A stretch of 64,000 bases of DNA from Malacoraja senta (taxonomy: Eukaryota). This document shows, in pieces, positions 62,067 through 64,000 of the stretch. The stretch lies in NCBI GenBank assembly GCA_038087875.1, contig CM075992.1, forward strand, positions 4,962,001 through 5,026,000, given 5' to 3'. The translations under genes were made by a program, and so were the position numbers. The stretch's first letter is position 1; the number at the start of each line of letters is the position of its first letter. The notes beneath the pieces are model-generated. The model searched no databases. It saw only the letters and a list, made by a program, of their open reading frames with translations, and was not told the DNA's origin.

Positions 62067-62490
62067 CAACTTCTCCGTGGATTGTCACCTTGTCCGTGGT
62101 GGAGAAGCTTGTGTGGACCTGAGATCCTGAGAGCGATGCCGTCTGGAGCTACGCCCCTGGTAGGGCCACCCATGGCGGTAAGGTCGAGGGGGAGGTCTCT
62201 GACAAAGAGCAATTCAACCAAGACCTCAACGGTGGAACAGGCGGAGGACGATGGCTGACTTTAGTGGAACGTCACAAAGGCGGATGAAAGCTGCAGCAGA
62301 AAAGGGTCTCCGGTCGTCTTGGACTCCATGCCACTGGATCCTGACCCAGATCTGTCAAGGACCGTGGGGTGGCTGTGTGTGCACCAGTCTCCCCATGTTA
62401 AACAAAGTCACGCACAGGCGTCCTCCATATAGGGAATAGCAGCCTGGAGACACCTATGGTCAGCCATGACCGAGGGGGGCCTAAGAAGAA
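62067..62490 (+). mobile_element. Non-autonomous RTE-derived (Expander/BovB-like 5' region) element
   Basis: caccttgtc.gtggtggag...gagc.atg...tagggccacccatggc...aggtc...gacaaagagc resembles my recollection of the conserved RTE 5' UTR; ends in aagaagaa. Confidence 0.7.
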
Positions 62491-63265
62491 TACATCTTTG
62501 AATCATTCCCCTTTTCCCTGTGTTGGCAAAACCTCTGGACTTATGGAAGTTCACTTGTGTGCCTCACCCAACAATGACTGCTGGTGGTGATTTTACAGGG
62601 CACAGGCAAAAAATAAATAAAAACAAACAACTGCAGATACTGGTTGGCAAAAAAGGACATAAGAGTACTGGAGTAAGTCAGCAGGATCTCTGGAGAACAT
62701 GGTGGAGATGAGGGATGGGTTGGGCTCCTTCTTCAGACTGAATGTGGAGGGGGAGGCACAAAAAAATATATAGGGAAAAATGGCAATGGTCTGGAATCAA
62801 AACCTCCATGAAGATGCTGTTTGAAATCTAGGAATTTAAAAATAATTTGTTGTGTGTGGCAGCGGCTGATGTATTTAGAAGTGCCTGGGTGAGCAAAGGC
62901 AGTCCAAGTTGTGGACCAAAACTCAAAGTGCTGGAGGAACGCAGCGGATCAGGCGGCATCTGTGGAGGGATTTTATTTCATTTGGGTTGGAACCACTCTT
63001 CAGACTGAGGGGAGAAGACTGGAGGTGAGGGGGTGGACAAAGGCTGACACGTGATAGTTACATTGTGTACAGTGGTAGAGAGGGGCGAATGTATAGAGTG
63101 CGGAATACGTTGCTTTGTCCTGGATGGCACCAAACATCTTGAGTGTTGTTGGACCTGACCCCATCCAGGCAACTGGAGACCATTTTTCCATTTATCATGC
63201 TGCTTGTAGATGGTGGAAATGTGTTGAGATGTCAGGCATTGGGGCGTTTTTCAGTATAATTTTTT

Positions 63266-63538
63266 TTAGAGATACAGCGAGGAAACAGGCCCTTCGGCCC
63301 ACCAAGTCCGTGCTGACCAGCAGCCCCTGTACACAAGCACACTAGGGACTATTTACAGTCTTCACCAAAGCCAATTAACCTACAAACCTGTGCATCTTTG
63401 AAGTGTGGGAGGAAACCGAAGCACCCGGAGAAAATCCTCGTGGTCACAGGGAGAATATATAAACTCCATACAGACAGAACCCGAGGTCAGATTCGAACCT
63501 GGGTCTCTATAAAGCAGCTACTCTACCGCTGCGCCACC
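63266..63538 (-). mobile_element. V-SINE (HE1-like)
   Basis: Matches the other SINE copies. Confidence 0.85.
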
Positions 63539-63660
63539 GATTGGTTCTCATAGCCACAGTATTTATGTTCCATTGCATTTCTGGATAGAGGATGCTGATG
63601 AGAGACTCATCTACTGAACTCGCCAGTCTCTCGAGACCTTTCCTAGTCTTAAACTACTTA

Positions 63661-63829
63661 AGGGCCTGTCCCACTTACGCGACTTGCCGGCACCCGTCAT
63701 AGTCGCAGCAGGTTGCCGAAAATTTTCAAAATGCTGAAAATCCAGCGGCGACCAGAAAAAGGCACGACTCTTTGGGTAACTATTGACGACCATACAGGCG
63801 TCACATGTCGCGAAAGTTGAACAGGCCCT
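63661..63829. mobile_element. Short PIF/Harbinger-type MITE
   Basis: agggcctgtcccacttacgcgac ... gtcgcgaaagttgaacaggccct; flanks TTA/TTG. Confidence 0.75.
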
Positions 63830-63981
63830 TTGCAGTGTAGGAAAGAACTGCAGATGCTGGTTTAAATCGAAGATAGGCATAAAAATGCTGGAGTAACACA
63901 GCGGGGCAGGCAGCATCTCTGGAGAGAAGGAATGGGTGACGTTTCGGGTCGAGACCCTTCTTCAGACTGTGATCTACTTAC

Positions 63982-64000
63982 CATTGGTCACAGAAGCTGT
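63982..64000 (-). CDS. rtbdn: Retbindin family exon, 3' end only (truncated by the window edge)
   Basis: AC AGC TTC TGT GAC CAA TG|gtaagt = SFCDQW; the split TG|G codon joins exon 61010-61121 (RBP: SFCDDWYEACK). Confidence 0.88.

Overview
Repeat-rich vertebrate genomic DNA, most likely from a cartilaginous fish (skate/ray; inferred from HE1-like V-SINEs and HER1-like CR1 LINEs). Two convergent genes can be reconstructed from splice sites. (1) A complete 8-exon RNASEH2A on + (CDS 11142-40924, 906 nt, 301 aa, catalytic DEDD residues intact). (2) The last three coding exons of a retbindin/riboflavin-binding-protein family gene (rtbdn) on - (63982->64000, 61010-61121, 51736-52005), the same tail-to-tail arrangement as human RNASEH2A-RTBDN. 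Most remaining sequence is SINEs, CR1, Rex1, L1 and Penelope fragments, PIF/Harbinger MITEs and satellites. The strongest unusual signal is a ~140-nt retroposed element (50187-50325). Its 5' end folds into a complete minimal HDV/CPEB3-type self-cleaving ribozyme, followed by a hairpin, a (GAA)n tail and an 11-12 bp target-site duplication; a paralogous empty site lies at 54005. The window also has many Penelope-type minimal hammerhead cores and an RTE-derived element with a pseudoknotted 5' motif. All calls were made by eye; no searches or folding programs were run, and repeat boundaries are approximate unless a TSD is given.
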